This document shows positions 38,264 to 47,518 of a stretch of DNA of 64,000 nucleotides, piece after piece; within the stretch, counting starts at the first letter, position 1, and every line of letters starts with the position of its first letter. The notes beneath the pieces were generated by a model, which was not told the DNA's origin, did no database searches, and saw nothing but the letters and a program-made list of their open reading frames with translations. The translations under genes were made by a program, and so were the position numbers. Origin of the DNA: Candidatus Binatia bacterium (GTDB lineage: Bacteria > Desulfobacterota > Binatia > UBA9968 > CAXXLF01); the NCBI GenBank assembly GCA_963664015.2, contig CAXXLF010000002.1, forward strand, positions 1,601,008 to 1,665,007, read 5' to 3'.

Positions 38264-38851
38264 ATGTCGATTCATTCCGAAAGGTGTCAGGAATGTAAGG
38301 CTCGGGTATACGAGCTGCTTACGGAGCTCTACGGCGCCTGTGAGGTAGGCCTCGCCTTCCCGTGGCCCTCGAGCCCTGAAGCCTATGGAGGAAATGCAGC
38401 CGGAGATATCCTCCAGGTCGTCTTCAAGGGCCTTGGAAGACTGAGGGGTTATCACGACTTTATCAAGGCGCCCCAGATGCCGCCCTGCGATTTTTATTGT
38501 CCCCGGAGGAGCTTCATTGTGGAGTTCGACGAGAGTCAGCATTTTACCCGAGCCCGTCGAGTCACGCTGGAGTACTACCGCCCAGAAGTACCTGTGGGCT
38601 TCCCGGTGCCCCAATGGATCGCCCTCTGCGAGAGTATTGCAGCAGTCGATGACGATCCACCGGACCGGGACGAAAGGCGCGCTTGGTATGATACGTTGAG
38701 AGATCTTTTACCCTGCATCCACGGCTTTAAGCCAACCGTACGTGTTTACTCGGAGGCCTTCCGCTGGTGCACGCTGCAAGCGAATTCCAAAAACGACCTG
38801 GCAACGTTCCGATCTTTACTCACGGGCTTACCCGAACCAGCGGCGCCGTAG
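38264..38851 (+). CDS. hypothetical protein with an N-terminal CxxC and a nuclease-like D...E.DE.QH block
   Basis: 195 aa with CQEC...PPCDFYCPRRSFIVEFDESQHF. I cannot name a family. Confidence 0.45.
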   Translation: MSIHSERCQECKARVYELLTELYGACEVGLAFPWPSSPEAYGGNAAGDILQVVFKGLGRLRGYHDFIKAPQMPPCDFYCPRRSFIVEFDESQHFTRARRVTLEYYRPEVPVGFPVPQWIALCESIAAVDDDPPDRDERRAWYDTLRDLLPCIHGFKPTVRVYSEAFRWCTLQANSKNDLATFRSLLTGLPEPAAP

Positions 38852-38876
38852 CGTCGACTCCTGAGCTGGCGCTACG

Positions 38877-39169
38877 GCGGCAAAGCGCATGGCGTTCGGA
38901 TTTTAGCTTTCAGCTGTCAGCGTTCAGCTAAGAAGTGTTGAGCGTTAAGTAATCAGTTCTCAGCATTCGGATCCGGATTCTTTCACCGCAAATTTACGCA
39001 GATATTAGCAGATAAGAGAGGCTGCTATCTGACCGGACCGGTCAGAAAACATCCGCGTTAATCGGCGAAAATCTGCGGTTAATTGCTCTAAGGGTTTTCC
39101 TCTTAGCGCTTAGCTTTCTTACCGCCTACTGCTTGCTGCCGACTGTCTTACTGATTTGCGCTTTGCCGC
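38877..39169 (+). repeat. MITE-like intergenic repeat, copy C (reference copy) with perfect 13-bp terminal inverted repeats
   Basis: GCGGCAAAGCGCA at 38877-38889 is the exact reverse complement of TGCGCTTTGCCGC at 39157-39169. The internal palindrome CTGACCGG-A-CCGGTCAG lies at 39029-39045. The element contains no ORF. Confidence 0.8.
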
Positions 39170-39223
39170 TTCGTTCCCCCCTGTCTTTCTGAACTCTGAT
39201 CTCTGCCGGTCCGCGCTTTGCAT

Positions 39224-40255
39224 TTACCGTGTCGAAATGACATCCGGGTTAAGCAGGTTGATGGGTTGTCCATCGAGGTAGGCCAGGATATTGGCGTAAG
39301 CGGCTTCGTAGCGTTCGCATAGGGTTTCAAAGGCCGCATACCCCCTATGGGAGCAAAGCACCACGTTGTCAAAACGACGCAGGGGATGATCGGCCGGCAA
39401 TGGCTCTTCATCGTACACGTCGAGACCAGCGCCTGCGAGGCGACCAGTCTCGAGCGCGAGCATGAGCGCTGACTGAGACACGATGGGACCTCGGGAGGTG
39501 TTTATCAAAACTGCGCCTGGATTGACCAGCGAGATCTCCCGTTCACCAATCAAACCGCGAGTCTCGGGGCTAAGGCTCACGTGTACAGTCACGACATCGG
39601 ATTCTTGCAAGAGCTGGTCAAGGGAAACCCGCATCGCCCCGGCTTCGCGGGCCCTTTGATCGGTCAGAGTCTTGCCGGTAGCAACAATCCGGGTGCCAAA
39701 GGCTGCTACAAGCCGCGCGACCTCCCTGCCAATCCTACCTAAACCTATAACTCCCACGGTTTTCCCCTCCAGGACTCTGCCGGCAATGGCCGGCCAGCCA
39801 CCCTGATGCATTCCCCGGTCGACCTCTGAGATCTTCCGATTGACACTCAAGATCAACCCCAATGTCAATTCAACCGTGGAAGTCGAGGCGCTCCCCCGGG
39901 TCACGGAAACCGCTATATTATGACGTGTGGCGGAGGGAAGATCGATATGCGCAATACCCCCACCGGTTTGTGAAATGAACTTGAGTGAAGGAAGCAGAGA
40001 GAACTCCCTTTCGCCGAACCGAGTTCGCTCACGGACAAGAACAACAGCATGAGCGTCCTTTAGTTGTTGGACCCGTTCCTCTTCCGTCGCCAGTCGTCCC
40101 TTCAATACCATAACATCGGCGCGCGCCTTCAGTTTTTCCAGAGAAGGGGCCTGCGAGGCCAGCTCTTCGTAGTCATCCATCACGACCACACGGAATCTTG
40201 AGCTTTGACTCTGTGCCATGGAACCTCCTGACAAAAGCATGCCCTGTGATTGCAA
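39224..40255 (-). CDS. D-isomer-specific 2-hydroxyacid dehydrogenase (PGDH-like)
   Basis: 343 aa with GKTVGVIGLGRIGREVARL and a catalytic R...E...H arrangement. Confidence 0.8.
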   Translation of the reverse strand: MQSQGMLLSGGSMAQSQSSRFRVVVMDDYEELASQAPSLEKLKARADVMVLKGRLATEEERVQQLKDAHAVVLVRERTRFGEREFSLLPSLKFISQTGGGIAHIDLPSATRHNIAVSVTRGSASTSTVELTLGLILSVNRKISEVDRGMHQGGWPAIAGRVLEGKTVGVIGLGRIGREVARLVAAFGTRIVATGKTLTDQRAREAGAMRVSLDQLLQESDVVTVHVSLSPETRGLIGEREISLVNPGAVLINTSRGPIVSQSALMLALETGRLAGAGLDVYDEEPLPADHPLRRFDNVVLCSHRGYAAFETLCERYEAAYANILAYLDGQPINLLNPDVISTR

Positions 40256-40379
40256 AGCGATCTGAACCCTTTAGCAGATCCGGGCTTGCGGAGACAATCC
40301 TCAAACGGTGCCAACTCTTTCCCGAGACTACGGTTTAGGCTATCCTGACAATGCCCCACGCACTGTTTGGAGGATACCA

Positions 40380-40739
40380 ATGGCCGAGCTGACGAATGAA
40401 ACATGTGTTGCTTGCCGCGCCGATGCCCCTCGCGTAACCGAGAAAGAGGAAAAGCGGCTCAAACCCCAGGTACCAGAGTGGAAGCTCATTGGCGAGAATG
40501 GAATCCGCAAGTTAGATCGGACCTTTTCTTTCTCCAATTTCCTCAAGGCCCTGGCCTTTACGAATAAGATTGGTGAGCTGGCCGAATCCGAAGGCCACCA
40601 TCCCCGAATCGTGACCGAGTGGGGCAAGGTAACCGTCACCTGGTGGACCCATAAAATCCGCGACCTGCACCATAACGATTTCATCATGGCGGCAAAAACC
40701 GATCACCTATACCAAAGGGAAACGGCAGATCGGGCCTAA
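40380..40739 (+). CDS. phhB: pterin-4-alpha-carbinolamine dehydratase
   Basis: GGAGGA at 40369-40374 precedes ATG 40380. ...[24 protein letters not shown]...W..V.V.WWTH is the PCD signature. Confidence 0.8.
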   Translation: MAELTNETCVACRADAPRVTEKEEKRLKPQVPEWKLIGENGIRKLDRTFSFSNFLKALAFTNKIGELAESEGHHPRIVTEWGKVTVTWWTHKIRDLHHNDFIMAAKTDHLYQRETADRA

Positions 40740-40925
40740 ACTTTCCATGCTCCCCGAATTCCGGCAAGATAATAGGAAGTTACCGGATGGGTTTGAGACG
40801 ACCCTGTGGCCATCTAGCAATCCCTCTCAAGGAGAGACCCCATTCAGCTGAATTTACCCCTAACTCAAAACCCCAGCGGCAATAAGCCCACCATTCAGGA
40901 GCTACTCCAGCGAGCCACCGGAGGC

Positions 40926-42356
40926 TTGAAGCTCGATCGCAGGAACGTCTTCAGACCCTCCATGGCCTACCAAGTCCTCCACGATCCCTTTTGGGTCTGG
41001 TGCGAGTATCACGCACCGCGCTCGGAGGCCGCAGACGAGACCACGCGTTACCAGAAAATGCGTATGCAGCAGGGGGTCGACTTTGAACACTCATGGATCC
41101 AAAACAATTACCCTGACGCAGTAACCATTGAGCCGCCTTTTGGATTCGAAGCGTTGAGAAACACCATGCAGGCTATGCTGGCCGGGACTCCAGTCATTGC
41201 GCAGCCGCAGCTATGGGACCTGTCAGGAGAAAGCTACGGTAAGGCCGACCTCCTCATACGCAACGATTCCCAATCCTCTGATCTCGGCTCCTATCACTAC
41301 CGCCTGGTTGAAATTAAAAGGTCTAAGACTCTGCGTGACTACCACGTCATGCAAGCGGCCCTTTACAACCGAATGGTGGGACGTATTCAGGGACGCACTC
41401 CCACGGAAATAACCGTGGTCCTGAAGACCGCAGAAGAAAGGGTCTCTTTTTCTGGCATCGAAAAAAAATTGGACGAAACCCTGGAAAAATGGAAAGCCCT
41501 GCGGGGTAACCAGTGGATCCCCGAGCCCAAAAGGCCCCCTGATGTCACAAGTTCGCCCTGGCGCCTCTACGGAAACAAATGGGTTGAATCGAAAAACGAC
41601 CTGGTCCTACTGGCCGGTGTCGGTCGCAAGGAGCGTGAGCAGCTACATCATGCAGGAATCCAACGGGTGGACCAGCTCTGGAACCTGAAGCACCAAGAGG
41701 TCACGGAAATCCTGGGCAACGCCCATGGCAGGTGCGCCTACTATGTCGCCCAGGCCTACAAGACAGGTGGCCCCATAGCAAAGCCCGGATCAAAATTGGC
41801 CATCCCCCGTTCCAGGCGGCACCTCTACTTTGATTTCGAGACCTCCGATGAGGTCCACCCCACAGAGCCTCCCCATGTTTACCTCATTGGGTGCTGGGAC
41901 GCCGAGCGCGACCAGTTCGTAAAGTTCCTCGCCCGCGGCGTTAAAGATGAACCTAGGATCTTCAACGAGTTTTTTGATTACGTGGGTGACGTAGAGAGTT
42001 CCAGGCTTTACCACTGGAGCGATTTCGAAGTTCGGCAGATGCTGGGAGTCATGGAGCGTTGGCCCAACCTGGAAGGCGTGCTGCAACCGTTAATCTCGTC
42101 TTGCGTCGACCTCAAGGATTCGATTCAGGCTGCTGTTTACCTGCCGGTGCCGACCTTCTCGATCAAATCCGTCGCTCCCGCGCTGGGGTTTCACTGGCGC
42201 CAGAAAGGCTTCGGCGCGTTTGAATCCATGGCTGCCTACTGGGATTATCTCACCGGTGACGAAAACAACGAGATCGACAAGGTCATCCAATACAATGAGG
42301 ACGACTGCGTCGCTATGTGGCACGTCGACCAGGAGATCACGAAGCGATTCGCGTAA
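40926..42356 (+). CDS. RecB-like (PD-(D/E)xK) nuclease fused to an RNase-H-like exonuclease domain (TM0106-type architecture)
   Basis: 476 aa with GKADLLIRN...YRLVEIKRSK in the nuclease core and YFDFETS...HWSDFE...YNEDDC in the C-terminal exonuclease-like domain. The TTG start is uncertain. Confidence 0.6.
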   Translation: MKLDRRNVFRPSMAYQVLHDPFWVWCEYHAPRSEAADETTRYQKMRMQQGVDFEHSWIQNNYPDAVTIEPPFGFEALRNTMQAMLAGTPVIAQPQLWDLSGESYGKADLLIRNDSQSSDLGSYHYRLVEIKRSKTLRDYHVMQAALYNRMVGRIQGRTPTEITVVLKTAEERVSFSGIEKKLDETLEKWKALRGNQWIPEPKRPPDVTSSPWRLYGNKWVESKNDLVLLAGVGRKEREQLHHAGIQRVDQLWNLKHQEVTEILGNAHGRCAYYVAQAYKTGGPIAKPGSKLAIPRSRRHLYFDFETSDEVHPTEPPHVYLIGCWDAERDQFVKFLARGVKDEPRIFNEFFDYVGDVESSRLYHWSDFEVRQMLGVMERWPNLEGVLQPLISSCVDLKDSIQAAVYLPVPTFSIKSVAPALGFHWRQKGFGAFESMAAYWDYLTGDENNEIDKVIQYNEDDCVAMWHVDQEITKRFA

Positions 42357-42478
42357 AGGGTCGACAGGGATGCATCTTGAAAACGATGCCTTTGACCTCG
42401 ATTGGACCAATAGGGATCAGCCTTTGACGTTCCTCGACTGTACGTTTCATCCTTGCTAGTGCTGATTTATTGGACCGA

Positions 42479-43390
42479 TTAATGTCGGCTGGGGGTTAAC
42501 ACCTTCAGCTTGGTGTTAATAAACTGCTTGTGGGAAAAATCCAGCATGTAGGCGATCTTCCGAACCTCTTCGATCTCTTCATGGGAAGTCTTACCCTCTG
42601 CATTCGTCATAGCAAATATCCCTTCGACCAATAGCTGGCGTTCTGGCATGCTCATGGTCGCTTTAACCTCCTGAACCAGACGGTGGAGGTCTACCCGTTG
42701 TTCGACCGTTTCCAAGGCAATGTGGGAGACGGCTTCGACCATAGGTTGAGTGGCTCCCCAGATCTCATGGAGCACTTTATGCATGAACGCCTTTTCTTGA
42801 GGCAAGAATTCCTCGTCCACATAACCCACTCGACCCAATAGGGCGGCACTTAACGTCAGTTTTTTCAGTTTCGCCGGGGTTCCCTCTTTTTCAAGTCGCT
42901 CTGATCCCAGACGACGACGCAACCTAAAGAGAACGCGGTTACTAATAAAGTCATGGAGATCAGCCTCGCGGCCACTGTCGCCTGGGTCATGACTTGAGCC
43001 ACCGATCCTAAGAAGACTCTTTAATCCATCTAGATAAAAAGACGCACCTTTGCTCTCTGACACAACTCCCTTTAGATCCCGCAACCACTCTTTTTCTTTT
43101 GGGGACAAGTTGTCATCCGCTTGGAGAAGATCCTCCACGGCCTTAACGAGCATCTCCCTTTGACGTGGCCGACGGGCTCGTTGAAGGAAGCGTTGGATAA
43201 TCCGTTTCATCTCCTCCACCCCCACCTTCTCCACTAGATACATCTCCACCTGAGCCCAGTCGTCCCCGCTCAGCTTAAAGCGCCGCACAAACTGCTTGAT
43301 GAAGTTGATTTCCCCCTGGGTCACCTCTTCATCGGCCCAGGCAACACAGGCGAGGACCTTTAAAAGCTCTACTTCTGTCGGAGAAGCCAT
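42479..43390 (-). CDS. TerB-like (tellurite-resistance TerB/DjlA-N fold) repeat protein
   Basis: 303 aa with two copies of a VLA.VAWADEEV...E..FI / ...IFAMTNAEGKTSHEEIEEV pattern. Confidence 0.45.
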   Translation of the reverse strand: MASPTEVELLKVLACVAWADEEVTQGEINFIKQFVRRFKLSGDDWAQVEMYLVEKVGVEEMKRIIQRFLQRARRPRQREMLVKAVEDLLQADDNLSPKEKEWLRDLKGVVSESKGASFYLDGLKSLLRIGGSSHDPGDSGREADLHDFISNRVLFRLRRRLGSERLEKEGTPAKLKKLTLSAALLGRVGYVDEEFLPQEKAFMHKVLHEIWGATQPMVEAVSHIALETVEQRVDLHRLVQEVKATMSMPERQLLVEGIFAMTNAEGKTSHEEIEEVRKIAYMLDFSHKQFINTKLKVLTPSRH

Positions 43391-43587
43391 ATTCTACCTT
43401 ATCCTACTTTGCAACAGCCATCGACGCCCGACGCAGTTTCCCTTTTACCGCGCAGACGCTATCGCTTAGACAGAGATTCTCTCAAGGTGCCATCTTCCAA
43501 TCCAACGATCGCCCCAACGACGGCACATTAAAAAAGTTCAGACATCGTGTAAACTTATGTTATCCTAACCGCGCGAAACAGCAACCT

Positions 43588-44901
43588 ATGGAAGAACGTG
43601 TCCCTTTGAAGACATCGGAAAGATTACCCCTGCGCGTCCCTTTCTTTTACGGCTGGGTCATAGTGGCGTTGACCTTCCTGACGACCTTGAACGGCGCAGG
43701 GAACCGAGCAGCCCTCTCGCTATTGATCCACCCGCTGGAGCAGGAGTTTGGTTGGAGCCGCGCCTCCATCGCCTCGGCCGGTGCCATTAATCTCTTTTTG
43801 ATGGGTGCCGCAGCGCCCTTCTTAGGCTGGTTGGTCGACCGCTTCGGTCCGCGAAAGATCATGTTCGTCGCGTTGACTCTCCTCATCGGCGGAGTCGCTA
43901 CTACGACTCTGGTTCGAGAACCCTGGCAGCTAATCCTTGTCTGGGGGGTTATCGTCGGCCTTGGTGTTGGCGGCGCAGGCAGTGTCCTGGGAGCCGCAGT
44001 AGCCACCCGCTGGTTCATCGCGCGACGAGGCCTGACCATTGGAATCCTAAACAGCGCCCACTCAACCGGGTACCTGATCTTTTTGCCGATTTTGATGTCT
44101 GTGGTTGTCTACTCGGGCTGGCGTACCAGCCTGTTGGCCCTCGCCGCCATCTCCACGGGCCTATTACTATTGATCTGGCTCTGGATGAGCGATGATCCCT
44201 CTGATATCGGTCTCCAACCCTACGGATTGGGAACAAAAACTAAAGCCGAGGCCCTAAGAGGCCCGGTGAGGAGCGTTTCGTCGGGTTCGTCCGGCGTCTC
44301 ACTACTCGAGGCAGTCAGAAGTCCCATCCTCTGGTCACTCTGCGGCAGCTTCTTTATCTGCGGGGGCACTTCGGCTGGCTTGATCGGAACCCACCTCATC
44401 CCACACGCTATCGACCGCGGCATTTCCCAGGTCACAGCGGCAACTACGGTGGGGGTCATGGGAGGTATGAATTTCGTCGGTACGGTTCTGTCCGGGTATC
44501 TGACCGACCGCATGGATCCGCGCAAGATTCTTGCTTTCGTCTATGCTTTGCGAGGCACCGCCTTGTTTATTCTGCCCTACGTCGATAACTTTCAAGGACT
44601 TTTCATCTTCGCCCTGATATACGGACTCGATTGGTTCGCTTCGGTTCCCCCCACCGTTGCCCTCGCCGGCGAAGCCTTCGGCAGACAGTCCATCGGTAAA
44701 ATGTACGGTTGGATCTTCTTCTCGCACCAACTCGGGGCTGCCCTTTCCGCAGCCGGAGCCGGCTACGCCTTTCAATATTTTGGCAGTTACGAACCGGCAT
44801 TTATTTTCGGCGGCGTCGTTGCTTTGGTGGCGGCGGTCATGGGTTTAACAGTGCCGCACGGAAATAGACGCAACGAAACCGTCGGGGAAAGAGCTGTTTA
44901 A
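43588..44901 (+). CDS. MFS transporter
   Basis: 437 aa, about 12 TM segments, with a DRFGPRK loop motif. Confidence 0.8.
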   Translation: MEERVPLKTSERLPLRVPFFYGWVIVALTFLTTLNGAGNRAALSLLIHPLEQEFGWSRASIASAGAINLFLMGAAAPFLGWLVDRFGPRKIMFVALTLLIGGVATTTLVREPWQLILVWGVIVGLGVGGAGSVLGAAVATRWFIARRGLTIGILNSAHSTGYLIFLPILMSVVVYSGWRTSLLALAAISTGLLLLIWLWMSDDPSDIGLQPYGLGTKTKAEALRGPVRSVSSGSSGVSLLEAVRSPILWSLCGSFFICGGTSAGLIGTHLIPHAIDRGISQVTAATTVGVMGGMNFVGTVLSGYLTDRMDPRKILAFVYALRGTALFILPYVDNFQGLFIFALIYGLDWFASVPPTVALAGEAFGRQSIGKMYGWIFFSHQLGAALSAAGAGYAFQYFGSYEPAFIFGGVVALVAAVMGLTVPHGNRRNETVGERAV

Positions 44902-45524
44902 CGAGCGGAGAGAAGACTGCGCAGATCGCGAGTGATCGTACCCGGGTCAGGAACGGCGCCGTGATAGACAAACCGCACGACGCCTTTCTTATCCACGAGC
45001 GCTGTCAGTAGCGTGTGATCCACCAGGCCACGGGCCTTTCTATCCACTTTTACACCGAATGCCTTCCACACAGGAGCAACCTTTGTGCGGTCTTCCGTAA
45101 GAAAGGACCACCTGGAAAAATCGACCCCATGCCGTTCACCATAGGACTTCAGCACGGGTGGTGTATCGACTTCGGGATCGGTGGTAATAGACAGAAAAAA
45201 GAGCCCGTCGCGTTCCCAGGTATCCAAGTCTTCCCCGACCGATTGCATGGCCGTGGTGATCAGCGGGCAAAGGTCAGGGCAAGTCGTATAGATGAAGGTC
45301 ACAAGGACGACCTTTCCCATCAGCCCACCGAAACGAAAGGCGTTGCCGTTGTGGTCCGTGAGCGAGGACTCGGGCACGGGGATACGAACCACCCGTCGCA
45401 CGTTCTCTTTACTTCCCAAGTTCTGGGTCGAATGGTGAGCTGCCGCCTGCTGAAAAGCAGGGAATGCGTATCCAACGGCCAATGCCGTGACGGCCAGTAT
45501 GGTCATCCATTGAGCGCGGTTCAT
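44898..45524 (-). CDS. SCO1/SenC-family copper chaperone
   Basis: 208 aa with FIYTTCPDLCP (CxxxC) and a thioredoxin fold. Its ATG overlaps the upstream cytochrome c stop. Confidence 0.85.
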   Translation of the reverse strand: MNRAQWMTILAVTALAVGYAFPAFQQAAAHHSTQNLGSKENVRRVVRIPVPESSLTDHNGNAFRFGGLMGKVVLVTFIYTTCPDLCPLITTAMQSVGEDLDTWERDGLFFLSITTDPEVDTPPVLKSYGERHGVDFSRWSFLTEDRTKVAPVWKAFGVKVDRKARGLVDHTLLTALVDKKGVVRFVYHGAVPDPGTITRDLRSLLSAR

Positions 45525-45958
45525 GATCCCTCGCCGTTGACCGACCGGTCGTAGTCATAGACGTACTGCCAGGGCACACTGCAGTGAGCCCAAATGAGAG
45601 GCTCAAATTTTTCCCACCAGTCAACTTCACGTCCTTCCAGGCTCAGGATGCGTACAAAACGAACCATGTCTTGGATCTGCCAGTTTTCAAGGGCCGGACC
45701 GAAGGCGGGCATCACCCCGCGGCCTTGACGAATTACCCCCCGGATTTGGAATACGTTTTTCTTCTCTACGGTTTGCCGGAAGTCCGGAACCCGTACTGGT
45801 AAGGCATGGGCAACCGGACCGTCCCCTCGTCCGGTCGGACCATGGCAGCTCCAACATCGTTGGGCGTAGGTTAGCTGCATTTCTTCCTTGCGCAAACATC
45901 CGGCGACGAGAAATGATACGGCGCAAAGGATCAAAAGCCGGGATAAGAATATGGACAT
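45521..45958 (-). CDS. c-type cytochrome lipoprotein
   Basis: The likely start is ATG 45958 (MSIFLSRLL...LVAGC lipobox). The heme motif is CWSCHG, with a distal Met (GVMPAF). Confidence 0.75.
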   Translation of the reverse strand: MSIFLSRLLILCAVSFLVAGCLRKEEMQLTYAQRCWSCHGPTGRGDGPVAHALPVRVPDFRQTVEKKNVFQIRGVIRQGRGVMPAFGPALENWQIQDMVRFVRILSLEGREVDWWEKFEPLIWAHCSVPWQYVYDYDRSVNGEGS

Positions 45959-46245
45959 GGCTCTTTTCTCTCCTATCACACGCCCGAAACCCTTGCCAGC
46001 CTCACCCCTCCACACTGGTTTGACCTTATTGGTTTCTAAATCAATTGCAAATCGGATCCCGCCTACGGCTATGGCCTGTACCTAACACCCCGCCCATTCA
46101 CTCCTCCGCCGGTCCCAACTGTTCTCCGGCCGAGCCCAACGAACGAAGGCGTAGCAACGCTACTCTGCCAACGCGTTTCGTCGCAACATTTATTCCGATG
46201 GCTACTCGCCTCAAACCTCGAGAACCTTACCGAGACACAGGCCAC

Positions 46246-46274
46246 TTGACAGCACCCCCCCCCGCTTATATTAT
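46246..46274 (+). promoter_or_regulatory. near-consensus sigma70-type promoter whose 17-nt spacer contains a poly-C9 tract
   Basis: TTGACA (46246-46251), a 17-nt spacer and TATTAT (46269-46274). The C9 tract is at 46255-46263. The element lies about 50 nt upstream of the ATPase gene. Confidence 0.4.
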
Positions 46275-46284
46275 GCCTAAATGC

Positions 46285-46304
46285 ATTATGTAATTATACA
46301 TAAT
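46285..46304. promoter_or_regulatory. operator-like palindrome ATTATGTA-atta-TACATAAT
   Basis: Perfect 8-bp arms, located between the candidate -10 element and the ATPase start codon. Confidence 0.35.
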
Positions 46305-46320
46305 CCTATTTTACGTCAAC

Positions 46321-47469
46321 GTGGAGACGCCCATGCAAAACCCTTTCAGATTCGGTTCCGTGGTAACAGGCAATGATTTTGCCGACCGAAAGCGTGAGCA
46401 GGTGGAACTGGCCAAGGAGCTCGCCAGTGGACAGAACCTATTCTTGCTCTCGCCACGGCGCTTCGGTAAGACCTCGCTGATCTTCACGTTGCTCGATACG
46501 CTTCGTTCCCGTGGTATGCTGGTCGCCTATCTGGATGTGTTCAGGACGGCGACGCCGATGCAACTTCTTGAGTTGACCGCTCAGACCCTGCTTCGGGCGG
46601 CCGAGCCGAGGCCCGAGCGACTGCTTCGCCTCGCCATGGATCTTTTGGGTCGGCTTCGGCCGCAGGTGGGAACAGACTCGGAGGAAAACCCTACGCTCAC
46701 TCTCGACATCGGCACTTCGCCACGCAACCTGCTCGCCCTGCAGGAGGAAGTGCTGAGTCTACCTGAGCGGCTTGCTGAGAAGCGGAAAAAACATCTCATC
46801 CTCTGTTTCGACGAGTTCCAGGAGATCCAGCGTTTTCCCGGCGGCAACCTTGAAAAGGCGATGCGTTCCCATTTTCAACAGCACCGTCATGTCAGTTATC
46901 TCTTTGCCGGTTCCAAAGAGAGCGCCCTAAGGGAGATGGCCACGCGGGAGCGTAGCCCATTTTATAAGTTCGGCCGCCTGGTCTCTCTTGGGCCCATTCC
47001 ACAGGACGAGTTTGTGCCGTTTCTCCAATTGCACTTCAAGCGGGGGCGGTTAAGTGTGACCACCGAGGTTTTGGAAGCTGTACTGACCGCCGCGGACGAT
47101 GTTCCTTATAATGTGCAGCGGCTATGTCACCAGCTATGGTCCGATAAGGCCGGAAGCGCCAAACGAGTTATAGAAAAAGACATCGGCGTCGCACTCGCCG
47201 CCATTGTTGCGCAGGACACATCGTACTTCAGCGCCATATGGGACGGACTCTCACTGCATCAGCGCCAGGTCCTTCAGGCCATTACCCGGGCCGGAGGCCG
47301 CAATGTCTTCGCCAGCGAATTTCTGACGGCACACCGGCTGGGCTCCCACTCCTCCACGCAGACATCTCTTCGACAGTTGCTCAAGGAGCAAATCGTTTTC
47401 AAGGTTGATGGAGAGTACCGGATTGCGGACGCCTTCTTCCGCGAATGGATCGGCAGCCGGCTTCCTTAA
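46321..47469 (+). CDS. AAA-type ATPase (archaeal-ATPase/DUF234-like architecture)
   Basis: 382 aa with Walker A (SPRRFGKTSL) and Walker B (LILCFDEFQE) motifs and a C-terminal wHTH-like region. An alternative ATG lies at 46333. Confidence 0.7.
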   Translation: METPMQNPFRFGSVVTGNDFADRKREQVELAKELASGQNLFLLSPRRFGKTSLIFTLLDTLRSRGMLVAYLDVFRTATPMQLLELTAQTLLRAAEPRPERLLRLAMDLLGRLRPQVGTDSEENPTLTLDIGTSPRNLLALQEEVLSLPERLAEKRKKHLILCFDEFQEIQRFPGGNLEKAMRSHFQQHRHVSYLFAGSKESALREMATRERSPFYKFGRLVSLGPIPQDEFVPFLQLHFKRGRLSVTTEVLEAVLTAADDVPYNVQRLCHQLWSDKAGSAKRVIEKDIGVALAAIVAQDTSYFSAIWDGLSLHQRQVLQAITRAGGRNVFASEFLTAHRLGSHSSTQTSLRQLLKEQIVFKVDGEYRIADAFFREWIGSRLP

Positions 47470-47518
47470 GTCCCGATAACCCTTTCTGTACAAAGATAAT
47501 AGAGGACGATTAAAAAGG

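Noticed and set aside
33545-39169. Composite transposon formed by inverted copies B and C
   Set aside because: There is no transposase. The cargo is housekeeping (lnt, msrPQ), the repeats are only about 85% identical, and no target-site duplication is evident. The observation is kept only as a possible inversion substrate.
2141-46263. Statistical enrichment of long G/C homopolymers (C8, G10, C9, C8, C9)
   Set aside because: A naive estimate for 64 kb at about 55% GC already predicts about 3 runs of 8 or more and about 1 run of 9 or more, so five observed is not compelling by number. Only the positions of individual tracts (the AGCS frameshift, the promoter spacer) are reported.
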